From an uncultured Gammaproteobacteria bacterium (GTDB taxonomy: Bacteria > Patescibacteriota > Microgenomatia > Daviesbacterales > UBA10151), in assembly GCA_964551255.1 (NCBI GenBank), contig CAZKAW010000001.1:31062-76542 (forward strand): a stretch of 45,481 nucleotides of DNA. Direction: 5' to 3'. Below the pieces are notes generated by a model. The model ran no database searches. It was not told the DNA's origin and saw only the letters and a program-made list of their open reading frames with translations. The position numbers were made by a program, and so were the translations under genes. This document shows, piece after piece, positions 19,064 to 27,027 of the stretch (its first letter is position 1; each line of letters starts with the position of its first letter).

Positions 19064-20073
19064 TAGGAGAATTTAGCCAGATCCGAATGCACCATGATTT
19101 TAACCAACTCTTTAAATTTGGTCTTCGGCTCCCAGTTTAAAATCCTTTTGGCCTTGGCATAGTCACCTTGTAGCGGCCCTGTATGGACAGGTGGAATGAA
19201 GGAAAGGTCACTTACTACATAGTCTTTCCAGTCAAGTCCCACTACCGAAAAGGCCTCTTTAGCAAAATCTTCGACTGTATGTATCTCACCGGTAGCAATG
19301 ACAAAATTATCCGCCTTTTCTTGTTGCAACATTAACCACATGGCCTCCACATAATCGGGAGCATACCCCCAATCTCTTTTGGCATTCAAGTCTCCTAATT
19401 TTAATTTACCCTCTTGCACAATCGGCTCACCAAACTCATTTAATGGAGTACCCTCCCTTTTATTATTTTTAATTACTGCCACTGCCACCGAAATTTTTCT
19501 GGTAATAAAATTCATCCCGCGTCTTGGACTTTCATGGTTAAAAAGAATTCCGCAACTGATAAACTGCGGTGCTTTTTTATCCTGTCTGGCAATATTCCCC
19601 ATCCAATGGGCATAAACCTTGGCTGCAGCATAAGGATTGGCCGGGATAAGCGGAGTGTCCTCATCCTGAGGAACCTGTTTGGGAGCACCATACATTTCCG
19701 ATGTGGAAGCTTGGTAAATCTTGGCATTTGGCACAACCTGCCTGGCTCTTTCAAACACCTGCACTGCCCCTATGCCGGTAATCATCATAGTTCCGATCGG
19801 ATCAAAAAAAGAAGCCAGAGGCGAAGATTGGGCAGCCAAATTGTATATTTCATCCGGTTTAAAGTCATAAAGGGCCAGGGCAATGGATTCCGGGGAAGAG
19901 AGATCTCCGTGGTAAATTTTAATTTCCGATTTGAGGTGTTCAATATTGTTGGGGTCATTGGCAGCTGTCCGGCGAACTAAACCTGCCACTTCGTAATTTT
20001 TTTTCAAGAGTAATTCTGTTAAATATGAACCATCCTGACCTGAAATCCCGGTGATAAATGCTTTTTTTGCCAT
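19063..20073 (-). CDS. gmd: GDP-mannose 4,6-dehydratase
   Basis: 336 aa. KKAFITGISGQDGSYLTELLLKKNYEV is the classic Gmd N-terminus. Also has STSEMYG and the Y-x-x-x-K region (YAAAKVYA). Confidence 0.9.
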   Translation of the reverse strand: MAKKAFITGISGQDGSYLTELLLKKNYEVAGLVRRTAANDPNNIEHLKSEIKIYHGDLSSPESIALALYDFKPDEIYNLAAQSSPLASFFDPIGTMMITGIGAVQVFERARQVVPNAKIYQASTSEMYGAPKQVPQDEDTPLIPANPYAAAKVYAHWMGNIARQDKKAPQFISCGILFNHESPRRGMNFITRKISVAVAVIKNNKREGTPLNEFGEPIVQEGKLKLGDLNAKRDWGYAPDYVEAMWLMLQQEKADNFVIATGEIHTVEDFAKEAFSVVGLDWKDYVVSDLSFIPPVHTGPLQGDYAKAKRILNWEPKTKFKELVKIMVHSDLAKFS

Positions 20074-20098
20074 ATTTTGTCTTACTATAGCGAAGTTA

Positions 20099-20989
20099 TT
20101 ACCCTTGAGTCAACTCCTGTTTAAAAATTATTAGGCCTTCTTCAACCGTATGCAAAATTTGGTCTCCAAACTCCCTCTCAAACTTAGTTGGATTAAGCCA
20201 GGAATATTTTAGCAGCTTGGCTTTTTTGATTTCATTATATTCATCCAAAGTTGTAGAACCTGTTAAAGAATAATCCAGTTGAAATGTTTCGGCAATAGTT
20301 TTTACCAGCTCTAAAGGGGAAACAGAATCCGTACTGCTGACATGATAAATCCCTCCCGGGCGTTTTTCCAAAAAGTTGCTTAAAGCACGGGCAATATCAT
20401 TGACCAAGGTAGGGGTAATTCTTTGATCTTCTATTGCTTTAATCTGGTTTTTTAATTTAAGTTGCTGCAAAAAAAATCTGGCCACATCATTTTTTTTCTC
20501 ATATCTGGCAGAATAAGGCATGGATATCCGCACCACCAGACAATTACCCCCGATTTCCAAAACAAACTGTTCCCCAAAAAGTTTGGTTTGCCCATACCAG
20601 TTAATGGGGTTTGGTTTATCCTCTTCGGTATAGGGACTTTCCTCCTTGGTACCGTCAAATACATATTCTGTGGAAATATGGATTAAATATTTATTTTCCT
20701 CTTTACAAACCTCTGAAACATTTTTGGCACCAGTTGCATTTATTCGAAAAACTATTCCCTCCTCATGATCTTTTTCCTCTTCTGCTTTTTGTACATCGGT
20801 GTATGCAGCAAAGTTGATTACTGCCTCAGGGTTAAAACTTTTGACTGCCTCAAGCAGATAGCCTTTATTTAAAATATCTACCTCGGAAGCCGGGGGAGAT
20901 TTAATATCAAAATCTTGACTGTAAAGCTCAATAAATTTTGAACCCACCAGCCCGCTGCCACCAAAAAGTAAGACCTTTTTTTTATTCAT
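20099..20989 (-). CDS. rfbD: dTDP-4-dehydrorhamnose reductase (RmlD family)
   Basis: 296 aa. Motifs LLFGGSGLVG, AAYTDVQKAEEE, STEYVFDG, YGQTKLFGE, DQRITPT parallel the RmlD motifs. Confidence 0.8.
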   Translation of the reverse strand: MNKKKVLLFGGSGLVGSKFIELYSQDFDIKSPPASEVDILNKGYLLEAVKSFNPEAVINFAAYTDVQKAEEEKDHEEGIVFRINATGAKNVSEVCKEENKYLIHISTEYVFDGTKEESPYTEEDKPNPINWYGQTKLFGEQFVLEIGGNCLVVRISMPYSARYEKKNDVARFFLQQLKLKNQIKAIEDQRITPTLVNDIARALSNFLEKRPGGIYHVSSTDSVSPLELVKTIAETFQLDYSLTGSTTLDEYNEIKKAKLLKYSWLNPTKFEREFGDQILHTVEEGLIIFKQELTQG

Positions 20990-21537
20990 TTGAATTTTTC
21001 AGGAAACAACTGCCTTAATTTGGGATTATTTTTATCTCTTTCGGAAATAACCGGATTTTTAACCGGCCAGTTAATTGCCAAATCTGGATCATCAAAAGCA
21101 ATGGCTCTGGTGTCGGTTCCGTCATAGTAAGCATCAACCAAATATATATAATCCACGGTTTTCTCACCGGTGACACAAAGTGAGTTAGCCAGTCCCTTGG
21201 GGATAAACAGTCCAATTCTATTTTCATCATTTACACTAAAGGTTTCCACTTTGGCAAAAGTAGGGGAATTGGACCTGATATCAATTATAGCCAGAAAAAC
21301 CTCTCCGTTCACCGGATAAATAACCTTATTCCAACCTTCGGCGTGAATTCCTCTGATTACTCCCGGTTTTGAGTAAGAGTGGTTCAGTTGTACACCGTCA
21401 AATTTTATCCCCGCTAAAGCTTCCAGCTCATCTTTGCGAAACAATTCTCTGAAAAATCCCCTGCTGTCTTCAAAAACAGGCCTTTCCAAAATCAAAAGCC
21501 CCGGGATGGAAGTTTTCTTCACATATTTATGATCCAT
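20986..21537 (-). CDS. rfbC: dTDP-4-dehydrorhamnose 3,5-epimerase
   Basis: Contains IPGLLILERPVFEDSRGFFRELF and RGIHAE, typical of RmlC. The start is ambiguous: ATG at 21537 or GTG at 21552 (the ORF-track start). Confidence 0.85.
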   Translation of the reverse strand: MDHKYVKKTSIPGLLILERPVFEDSRGFFRELFRKDELEALAGIKFDGVQLNHSYSKPGVIRGIHAEGWNKVIYPVNGEVFLAIIDIRSNSPTFAKVETFSVNDENRIGLFIPKGLANSLCVTGEKTVDYIYLVDAYYDGTDTRAIAFDDPDLAINWPVKNPVISERDKNNPKLRQLFPEKFK

Positions 21538-22531
21538 ATTGTTTTTGAGCACTCCTGTCTATATTAGGTCTTCCCTGTTTTAAGGGTTTCCACCACCATT
21601 CATTTGCTTTATACCACTCCACTGTTTTTTCCAACCATTCATCAAACTTATGTTTAGGCTCCCAGCCAAGCTGCCTAACCTTACTGCCATCATTGGCGTA
21701 ACGAAAGTCATGCCCTAGTCTGTGCGGCACGTACTCAATCATAGACTCATCCATTCCCAAGTGGTTTAAAATAGCTCTGGTAACTTCTATATTTAGCCGT
21801 TCTTCTCCTTGAACTAAATAAGTCTCGCCTGCTTGCCCTTTTGCCAAAACTGTATCTATTGCGCAGGCATGATCCACAACATGAAGCCATTCTCTGATAT
21901 TTTCTCCTCTTCCCATCAGGGGAACCTTTTTACCTTCTAAAAGATTGGTCATAAATCTGGGGATTAATTTTTCAGGGTCCTGGTATGGGCCGTAATTATT
22001 GGCACAATTACTAATGGTGACCGGCAAACCATAGGTTTTAAAGTAAGCTCTCACCAAATGATCAGAACCTGCCTTGGAAGCAGAATAAGGTGTACGTGGA
22101 TCATACGGGGTGTTGGGAGCAAAAGGCGGTTCATCCGATTTCAAATCACCATATACTTCATCTGTGGAAACATGATGAAATCTTTTCACCTTGGTATCCA
22201 GCGCGGCATCAAGTAAAACTGCAGTGCCTAAAACATTGGTTTTGACAAAAACTAGCGGATCTACTACTGATCTGTCCACATGCGACTCAGCAGCAAAGTG
22301 AACCACCACATCCACCTCCTGCATTGCCTGTTTAACAACTTCAGGGTCTGTGATATCCCCTTTTATAAATCTATATCTTGAATCTCCTTCTACATCTTTA
22401 AGAGATTCTAAGTGCCCGGCATATGTCAATGCATCTAAATTAACCACTTGATCATCAGAATGGTGTTCCAGCCAATAGCGGATAAAATTAGAACCAATAA
22501 AACCGGCCCCTCCAGTTACCAGTAATTTCAT
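21527..22531 (-). CDS. rfbB: dTDP-glucose 4,6-dehydratase
   Basis: MKLLVTGGAGFIGSNF at the ATG at 22531. The first 16 codons of the longer ORF-track version overlap rfbA and are unlikely to be real. Also has YSASKAGSDHLVRAY (Y-x-x-x-K). Confidence 0.9.
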   Translation of the reverse strand: MKLLVTGGAGFIGSNFIRYWLEHHSDDQVVNLDALTYAGHLESLKDVEGDSRYRFIKGDITDPEVVKQAMQEVDVVVHFAAESHVDRSVVDPLVFVKTNVLGTAVLLDAALDTKVKRFHHVSTDEVYGDLKSDEPPFAPNTPYDPRTPYSASKAGSDHLVRAYFKTYGLPVTISNCANNYGPYQDPEKLIPRFMTNLLEGKKVPLMGRGENIREWLHVVDHACAIDTVLAKGQAGETYLVQGEERLNIEVTRAILNHLGMDESMIEYVPHRLGHDFRYANDGSKVRQLGWEPKHKFDEWLEKTVEWYKANEWWWKPLKQGRPNIDRSAQKQYGS

Positions 22532-22547
22532 ACTTTCTGCTCTTCCA

Positions 22548-23630
22548 TCAAATCTGTATTTTACACTTTTCTCCCACAAAAAGTGAGGTGGTAGCTCCCC
22601 TGCCGTTTTTGGAAGTTACCTCACTGTCCGTTCCAATCAAACTGTTATCCACCGGATGAATTTTAACATCCAAAATTTTTACCCCGCTCATTAAAACACT
22701 ATTTTTAACCGTACTGCCTACTATCTCACAATTATCAGCTACAGAGGTAAGAGAACCTACCTCTGAATCGGTAATTACCACATTATCTCCTATAACAGTT
22801 GGCCCCAGGATTTTGGAATTTACTATGGTGCATCTCCTGCCAATGGAAACCTCTCCTGCTATTTTACTATCCCGGCTTATCTCAGACTCCAGCTTACTTA
22901 CCAGCTTATTTTTTAGTAAATACGCATTAGCCTCAATCCAATCATCAAACTTACCCGGATCCAGCCAGGTACCTTTATATTCCACTACATCTACCCTATA
23001 TTTGTGGTCAATTAACCACTGAAAAGCAGTGGGAATTTCATACTCGCCGCGTCCGGAAGGCTTGATTGCATTTTCTCCTTTGAAACACTTAAAAAAGTTG
23101 CTGTCGGCAAAATATAAACCGGGAATGGCAAAATCATGAGGGGGATTTTCCGGCTTTTCTACATATTGAAGCAGTCTTCCTTCTTTGTCAAAAAACGGCA
23201 CCCCCAATCTTTTGTTTTCCCGGTGGTGAACCATGGTCACCATCGCATTTGGCTTTTTATCCATAAAATAATTTACAACCTTTTCAATTCCATCTGCAAA
23301 AATATTATCCCCGAGGTGAAAAACAAAGGGAGATCCGTTTAAAAACTGCTCGCAAACTTGGACAATGTTAGCAAGCCCGATTGGTTTCTCCTGCAAGACA
23401 TACTCAAAGTATACTCCCCATCTTGAACCGTCACCCAGCATATTTTTTACCTCCTCCAAACCCTGGGGATTATAGGTGATGGCAATATCTTTGATGCCGG
23501 CACGAGCCACTGTTTCAATGGGATAAAAAATTAAAGGTTTGTTGGCAACAGGAATGAAATGTTTGTTGGTGGAAAAAGTTAAGGGGCGCATTCTGGTTCC
23601 CCTTCCACCGGTTGGTATAATTGCCTTCAT
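22548..23630 (-). CDS. rfbA: Glucose-1-phosphate thymidylyltransferase, long form with C-terminal left-handed beta-helix
   Basis: 360 aa. MKAIIPTGGRGTRMRPLT (the G-x-G-T-R-x-x-P-x-T nucleotidyltransferase motif). The C-terminal ~110 aa has hexapeptide-like repeats (IGDNVVITDSEVGSLTSVADNCEIVGSTV). Confidence 0.8.
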   Translation of the reverse strand: MKAIIPTGGRGTRMRPLTFSTNKHFIPVANKPLIFYPIETVARAGIKDIAITYNPQGLEEVKNMLGDGSRWGVYFEYVLQEKPIGLANIVQVCEQFLNGSPFVFHLGDNIFADGIEKVVNYFMDKKPNAMVTMVHHRENKRLGVPFFDKEGRLLQYVEKPENPPHDFAIPGLYFADSNFFKCFKGENAIKPSGRGEYEIPTAFQWLIDHKYRVDVVEYKGTWLDPGKFDDWIEANAYLLKNKLVSKLESEISRDSKIAGEVSIGRRCTIVNSKILGPTVIGDNVVITDSEVGSLTSVADNCEIVGSTVKNSVLMSGVKILDVKIHPVDNSLIGTDSEVTSKNGRGATTSLFVGEKCKIQI

Positions 23631-23654
23631 TTTTTGGACGATTCTACCATTATA

Positions 23655-23816
23655 TTAAAAAATAACACCGAAAAGTAAGACCAGTACCAAAATAACTACT
23701 AAGAAGTATTCTACCAGAATTTCTAAAGTCAAACTTTTGTCTTTCTTATGATAAATTAAGGCCCAAACAAGATATATTAAACAGGCAATTACCAGTATAT
23801 ATACGGGTTCAATCAT
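23655..23816 (-). CDS. Small (53 aa) two-TM membrane protein, hypothetical
   Basis: Below the ORF-track size cutoff. MIEPVYILVIACLIYLVWALIYHKKDKSLTLEILVEYFLVVILVLVLLFGVIF. Its ATG overlaps the TGA of the upstream CAP-domain gene (ATGA), and it fills an otherwise empty 182-nt gap. Confidence 0.4.
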   Translation of the reverse strand: MIEPVYILVIACLIYLVWALIYHKKDKSLTLEILVEYFLVVILVLVLLFGVIF

Positions 23817-24691
23817 AAAATGCTTCCCGGACTGCTGAGTAACAAGCTGGCAGCAGCAATAGATAAAATGGACAGATGGGCAATATGATTGGAGCTAATT
23901 CTAAATACTCCCCTTCTATATAAAATTAAAAGGTCCAAACCTAAGAGCAGCCCCATAAACCCGATTAATGAAACTCCGGCGTATTTGGTAAAGATATAGG
24001 GATCAATTAAAGCATTACTGAGTTTGGTTGTTTCTGCCAAAGCCAGTTCCGGTTTAGTATTTAAATCCCGGGTGGAAACTGATAATTGTTTACCCTGGAC
24101 ATTAACAGCCGGTTTTCCCGCCAGTATGGCAGTGGTACCAAATTCCTGCACCACCAGAGTAGTTTGCTGGCCGTTTAACACTCCCTCTGCCACTGCTATA
24201 CCAATATCTTTATAGTTTGAATTTAACAAATTATCCCGGTGAGTTGGTGAATTCATCCAGGCAGTCACCACCTCATCGGAAGAATAAAAATTTTTGGCTA
24301 AATTTTCTCCGGCAAAAGTAAATCTGTAACCGGCCCCCAAGATAAAATCCCAGGGAGTTTTACCACTGGGGGCAAAGTGGGCCCAATAATTTTCCGCAAA
24401 CATATTCTCCGCCTTAAGTTGAGCAGCTTTATCCAAAGCCTCATTTTCTACCAAAACAGGTAAACCTTTTTTTGCTCTTTCTATATTGGTAAGATTAATC
24501 AGCTTCTTTTGGTCAATATTGGAACTGATTCCTAAAATTCCGGGTTTGGTGTAACTGACAATGGAAAATCCTACCTGAAGTAAAATAAAAAGCAGAACAT
24601 AAATAAGTAACCCTTCCCAGGAAATTAATTTGGCTTTTTGATGGGTATCTTTGTGTGGAATAAACCAATGATGTATTTTTTGCCAAGTCAC
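23813..24691 (-). CDS. Membrane-anchored CAP/SCP (YkwD-like) domain protein
   Basis: 292 aa. N-terminal TM, then NIERAKKGLPVL..AENYWAHF..GENLAK..WMNSPTHRDNLL..YKDIGIAV (CAP domain pattern), then two C-terminal TM helices. Confidence 0.7.
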   Translation of the reverse strand: MTWQKIHHWFIPHKDTHQKAKLISWEGLLIYVLLFILLQVGFSIVSYTKPGILGISSNIDQKKLINLTNIERAKKGLPVLVENEALDKAAQLKAENMFAENYWAHFAPSGKTPWDFILGAGYRFTFAGENLAKNFYSSDEVVTAWMNSPTHRDNLLNSNYKDIGIAVAEGVLNGQQTTLVVQEFGTTAILAGKPAVNVQGKQLSVSTRDLNTKPELALAETTKLSNALIDPYIFTKYAGVSLIGFMGLLLGLDLLILYRRGVFRISSNHIAHLSILSIAAASLLLSSPGSIL

Positions 24692-24695
24692 TCTA

Positions 24696-24983
24696 TTAGT
24701 ATACCAAATCTGTTTCTGCCTTCTTCCCGTTAACAGGAATTCCTAAAACAAACCCCAAAGCATTAGCCACAGACACTCCAACTCTTAGCCCTGTAAAGGA
24801 ACCCGGGCCGGTTTCTACTTCAATGGCATCCAGCGAATTTACATCAACCAATTTTTTAATCAGCGGCAGGAGAACCTGTGAGCCATATTTATTCTCTTTA
24901 CTCAAACTCTTTATAACTCTATTATCCTCTCTCAAACTGACAATAACCCCTCTTTGGTCTTTGGTATTGATATGAAGAATCAT
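24696..24983 (-). CDS. tsaB: Truncated TsaB-like protein (N-terminal subdomain only)
   Basis: 95 aa. GPGSFTGLRVGVSVANALG is the TsaB/YeaZ signature. The protein ends soon after it, so roughly the C-terminal half of a normal TsaB is absent. Confidence 0.6.
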   Translation of the reverse strand: MILHINTKDQRGVIVSLREDNRVIKSLSKENKYGSQVLLPLIKKLVDVNSLDAIEVETGPGSFTGLRVGVSVANALGFVLGIPVNGKKAETDLVY

Positions 24984-25519
24984 TGCTCTTCCCTGAAGAC
25001 AGAATAGAATTTGCCTTCCTCAATATTTTTAGCCACCTCATCAGGGGTAAAACTGCGGGCATTCATGCAGACATACACCCCGGCAGGCAATTTTTGCACC
25101 TGGGCAAAAGCATAACCTAAATTAAACGGCCCATCGGAAAAATCAAATCCCTTAATAGGAACCATAGAGCCTGTTAAAACAATCACCTGATCTCTTCTTT
25201 TTAAGTTTTCTTTTAAAAACCTGGCCGTATCCGGCATAGTATATGTCCCGTGGGTAATAATTATTTTATCTGCCTGTGACTGCTCAATTACCTTTAAAAC
25301 ATTTTTCCTGTCTTCATCTGTTATAGCCCGGGAATCTTTCATGCAGACTTCGCTAAAATTAATTTCTTCATAAAATTTTAAATTCCGGGAAATTTCGGAA
25401 AAATACTCCGGTAAAATGGAATGTTCAGACACCACCACAGTATCCTGCGCCCCATTCCAGACCGAATCAATTGTCCTCCCGGTCATAATAATGTGAATTT
25501 TTAGATTATTATTTTGCAT
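24980..25519 (-). CDS. Asparaginase/glutaminase N-terminal-domain-only protein, degenerate active-site motifs
   Basis: 179 aa. IIMTGRTIDS (canonical TGGTI), ITHGTYTMPDTA (canonical HGTDTM), VLTGSMVP. There is no C-terminal asparaginase domain. Confidence 0.6.
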   Translation of the reverse strand: MQNNNLKIHIIMTGRTIDSVWNGAQDTVVVSEHSILPEYFSEISRNLKFYEEINFSEVCMKDSRAITDEDRKNVLKVIEQSQADKIIITHGTYTMPDTARFLKENLKRRDQVIVLTGSMVPIKGFDFSDGPFNLGYAFAQVQKLPAGVYVCMNARSFTPDEVAKNIEEGKFYSVFREEQ

Positions 25520-25556
25520 TTTAAATATCTTTATGGTAGTATATGTTTACTAAACA
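25451..25556. repeat. Direct repeat copy A: 5-prime coding end, start codon and 5-prime UTR of the asparaginase-like gene
   Basis: Core 25454-25502 matches 26233-26281 at 43 of 49 positions (hand alignment). 25451-25477 matches 27028-27054 at 26 of 27. The 11-mer tttactaaaca at 25546-25556 recurs at 27054-27064. Confidence 0.85.
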
Positions 25557-25567
25557 TGGGGAAGATT

Positions 25568-26224
25568 CTATATGAGTCTTCCCTTTTTTATGTCTTTTTT
25601 ATCCTCCATTTTTAAAATATTCCTTAAATATTCAAAATCTTTAAAATTATTTCCTGCAAACTGACGTATTTCTCTTGCAGTTCTTGGCCCTCTTGCCAAA
25701 ATTATTACTTCTTTTTTATTTTTCCTAAGATATTTCAGTAATGGCAAAAAATCCCCATCACCCGAGAGAATCAAAACCTTATCATAATTATCTTTCTCCT
25801 TCATGAGATAAAAAGCCATTTCTACATCACAATTTGCTTTTCGCTCAGTGCTGCCATCAGGTTTGTAGTAAGTTTTAATAGGTTTTAAGAATAATTTATA
25901 CCCAAATTGGTTAAGCTTTAAATAAAATTTTATCCTTGAAAGGTGACGGGACAGCAAAATAAGTTTGGCTTCATCAAGTTTTTTACCTTCTTTACTGATG
26001 TAACCCTCCAAACGGTTTCTTAGCTTACTCAAAGGAACTGTCTCGTTTTTCAAATAATCATATTTATAGCCATGGGTCTCTACCCCAGCAAAATAATAAG
26101 CATCAGACACCTCATATTTTTCTTTTAGATATTTTATCAGCTTTGAGTAATCTATCTTCCAACCCAAACTTTTCTCACCACCATAGAAAAGATTAGAAGC
26201 GTCAATAAAAGCATAAGTTCTCAT
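25568..26224 (-). CDS. NYN-domain (LabA/DUF88-like, PIN-fold) putative ribonuclease
   Basis: 218 aa. Motifs YAFIDASNLFYG, KANCDVEMAFYLM, LILSGDGDFLPLLKYLR correspond to the conserved acidic positions of the NYN fold. Confidence 0.75.
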   Translation of the reverse strand: MRTYAFIDASNLFYGGEKSLGWKIDYSKLIKYLKEKYEVSDAYYFAGVETHGYKYDYLKNETVPLSKLRNRLEGYISKEGKKLDEAKLILLSRHLSRIKFYLKLNQFGYKLFLKPIKTYYKPDGSTERKANCDVEMAFYLMKEKDNYDKVLILSGDGDFLPLLKYLRKNKKEVIILARGPRTAREIRQFAGNNFKDFEYLRNILKMEDKKDIKKGRLI

Positions 26225-26286
26225 ATCTTAATATTCCAGACAGAATCACTTGTCCCCCCGGTCATAATAAAATGAATTTTACTCAT
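26221..26286 (-). pseudogene. 21-codon 5-prime remnant of an asparaginase-like gene (repeat copy B)
   Basis: Encodes MSKIHFIMTGGTSDSVWNIKI, compared with MQNNNLKIHIIMTGRTIDSVWNG in the intact gene. Its stop overlaps the NYN gene start (ATGA). It keeps an upstream GGAGTAGGAAGGGGAG Shine-Dalgarno-like stretch and a TATAAT (26326-26331, minus strand). Confidence 0.8.
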
Positions 26287-26343
26287 TTAAATATCTCCCC
26301 TTCCTACTCCTCATGCACTAGGCTCATTATACCCTATTTAGCC

Positions 26344-26754
26344 TCATTTTGCTTCAAAAGTTACATAATGAGTAGGTGAAAAATACACTTCGAATGTTTC
26401 CAAAAATAAATGCCTTCCTAAAAGCGGTGGAACATTATCTCTATCCAAAAATCCAACTGGAATTTCTCTTTCCCATATTCCTAATTTAGCTTTAATTCTT
26501 CTTAAAAAATGAACTTTCTCTTCACCGCCAATTCCAGCTGTTTTAAAAACCTGACAGTCTTTTTTTAAATCTATACCCAGTCGATAAGAGAAATATCTAG
26601 GCAAAAGGGTATAGTCTGCACCACTATCAACTATCATCCAAGTTTCATACCAACGTTTTTTGCTCTTGGAATAAAAAAATACTCTTGCAACAGGTCTATA
26701 AATTGTGCCTAATATGGGAGAATTAGATTTCTCAAACTGAAAAGTTAAAGCCAT
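26344..26754 (-). CDS. Retropepsin-like (clan AA) aspartic protease
   Basis: 136 aa. MIVDSGADYTLLP contains the D-S-G-A catalytic motif. The C-terminal PPLLGRHLFLETFEVYF matches the usual LLG..L..F tail of single-domain retropepsin-like proteins. Confidence 0.7.
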   Translation of the reverse strand: MALTFQFEKSNSPILGTIYRPVARVFFYSKSKKRWYETWMIVDSGADYTLLPRYFSYRLGIDLKKDCQVFKTAGIGGEEKVHFLRRIKAKLGIWEREIPVGFLDRDNVPPLLGRHLFLETFEVYFSPTHYVTFEAK

Positions 26755-26957
26755 AATATCAGCGTATCGGCTTTGGGGATATAAGTAATTGCGGGTGTAT
26801 CATTGGGAAATTTCTGTTCTAAACGATCTAAAAGTTTGTTAGCAGATTCGCCGGTCCTAGCAGTATATACTTGATTCTTAATCACTATTATATGTTTCCC
26901 CTTATACTTAGGATTTCCCATAATTTGAATCATAGTTTGTTTAGAGGATTTTTTCAT
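26745..26957 (-). CDS. Small partner protein (DUF5678-like by recall), overlapping the protease gene by 10 nt
   Basis: 70 aa. KYKGKHIIVIKNQVYTARTGESANKLLDRLEQKFPNDTPAITYIPKADTLILWL. The family assignment is from memory only. Confidence 0.45.
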   Translation of the reverse strand: MKKSSKQTMIQIMGNPKYKGKHIIVIKNQVYTARTGESANKLLDRLEQKFPNDTPAITYIPKADTLILWL

Positions 26958-27027
26958 AGATGTATTTTAACATATTTCTACTATGGTATGCAGGGAATGT
27001 ATTTCACATTTTGCAGTAAAATTCTCC

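Noticed and set aside
19534-19980. 148-aa plus-strand ORF, along with the smaller ORFs at 19379-19615 and 19512-19754, inside gmd
   Set aside because: It lies entirely antisense or out of frame within a confidently identified gmd gene. The composition is low-complexity and Arg/Ser/Gly-skewed, with no motifs. This is typical of shadow ORFs.
25559-25590. Hairpin GGGAAGA-11 nt-TCTTCCC followed by TTTTTT on the plus strand, resembling an intrinsic terminator
   Set aside because: The T-run follows the stem only on the plus strand, where no gene is transcribed into it. On the coding (minus) strand the stem is not followed by a U-run. It also overlaps the last codons and stop of the NYN gene. It is possibly just coding sequence.
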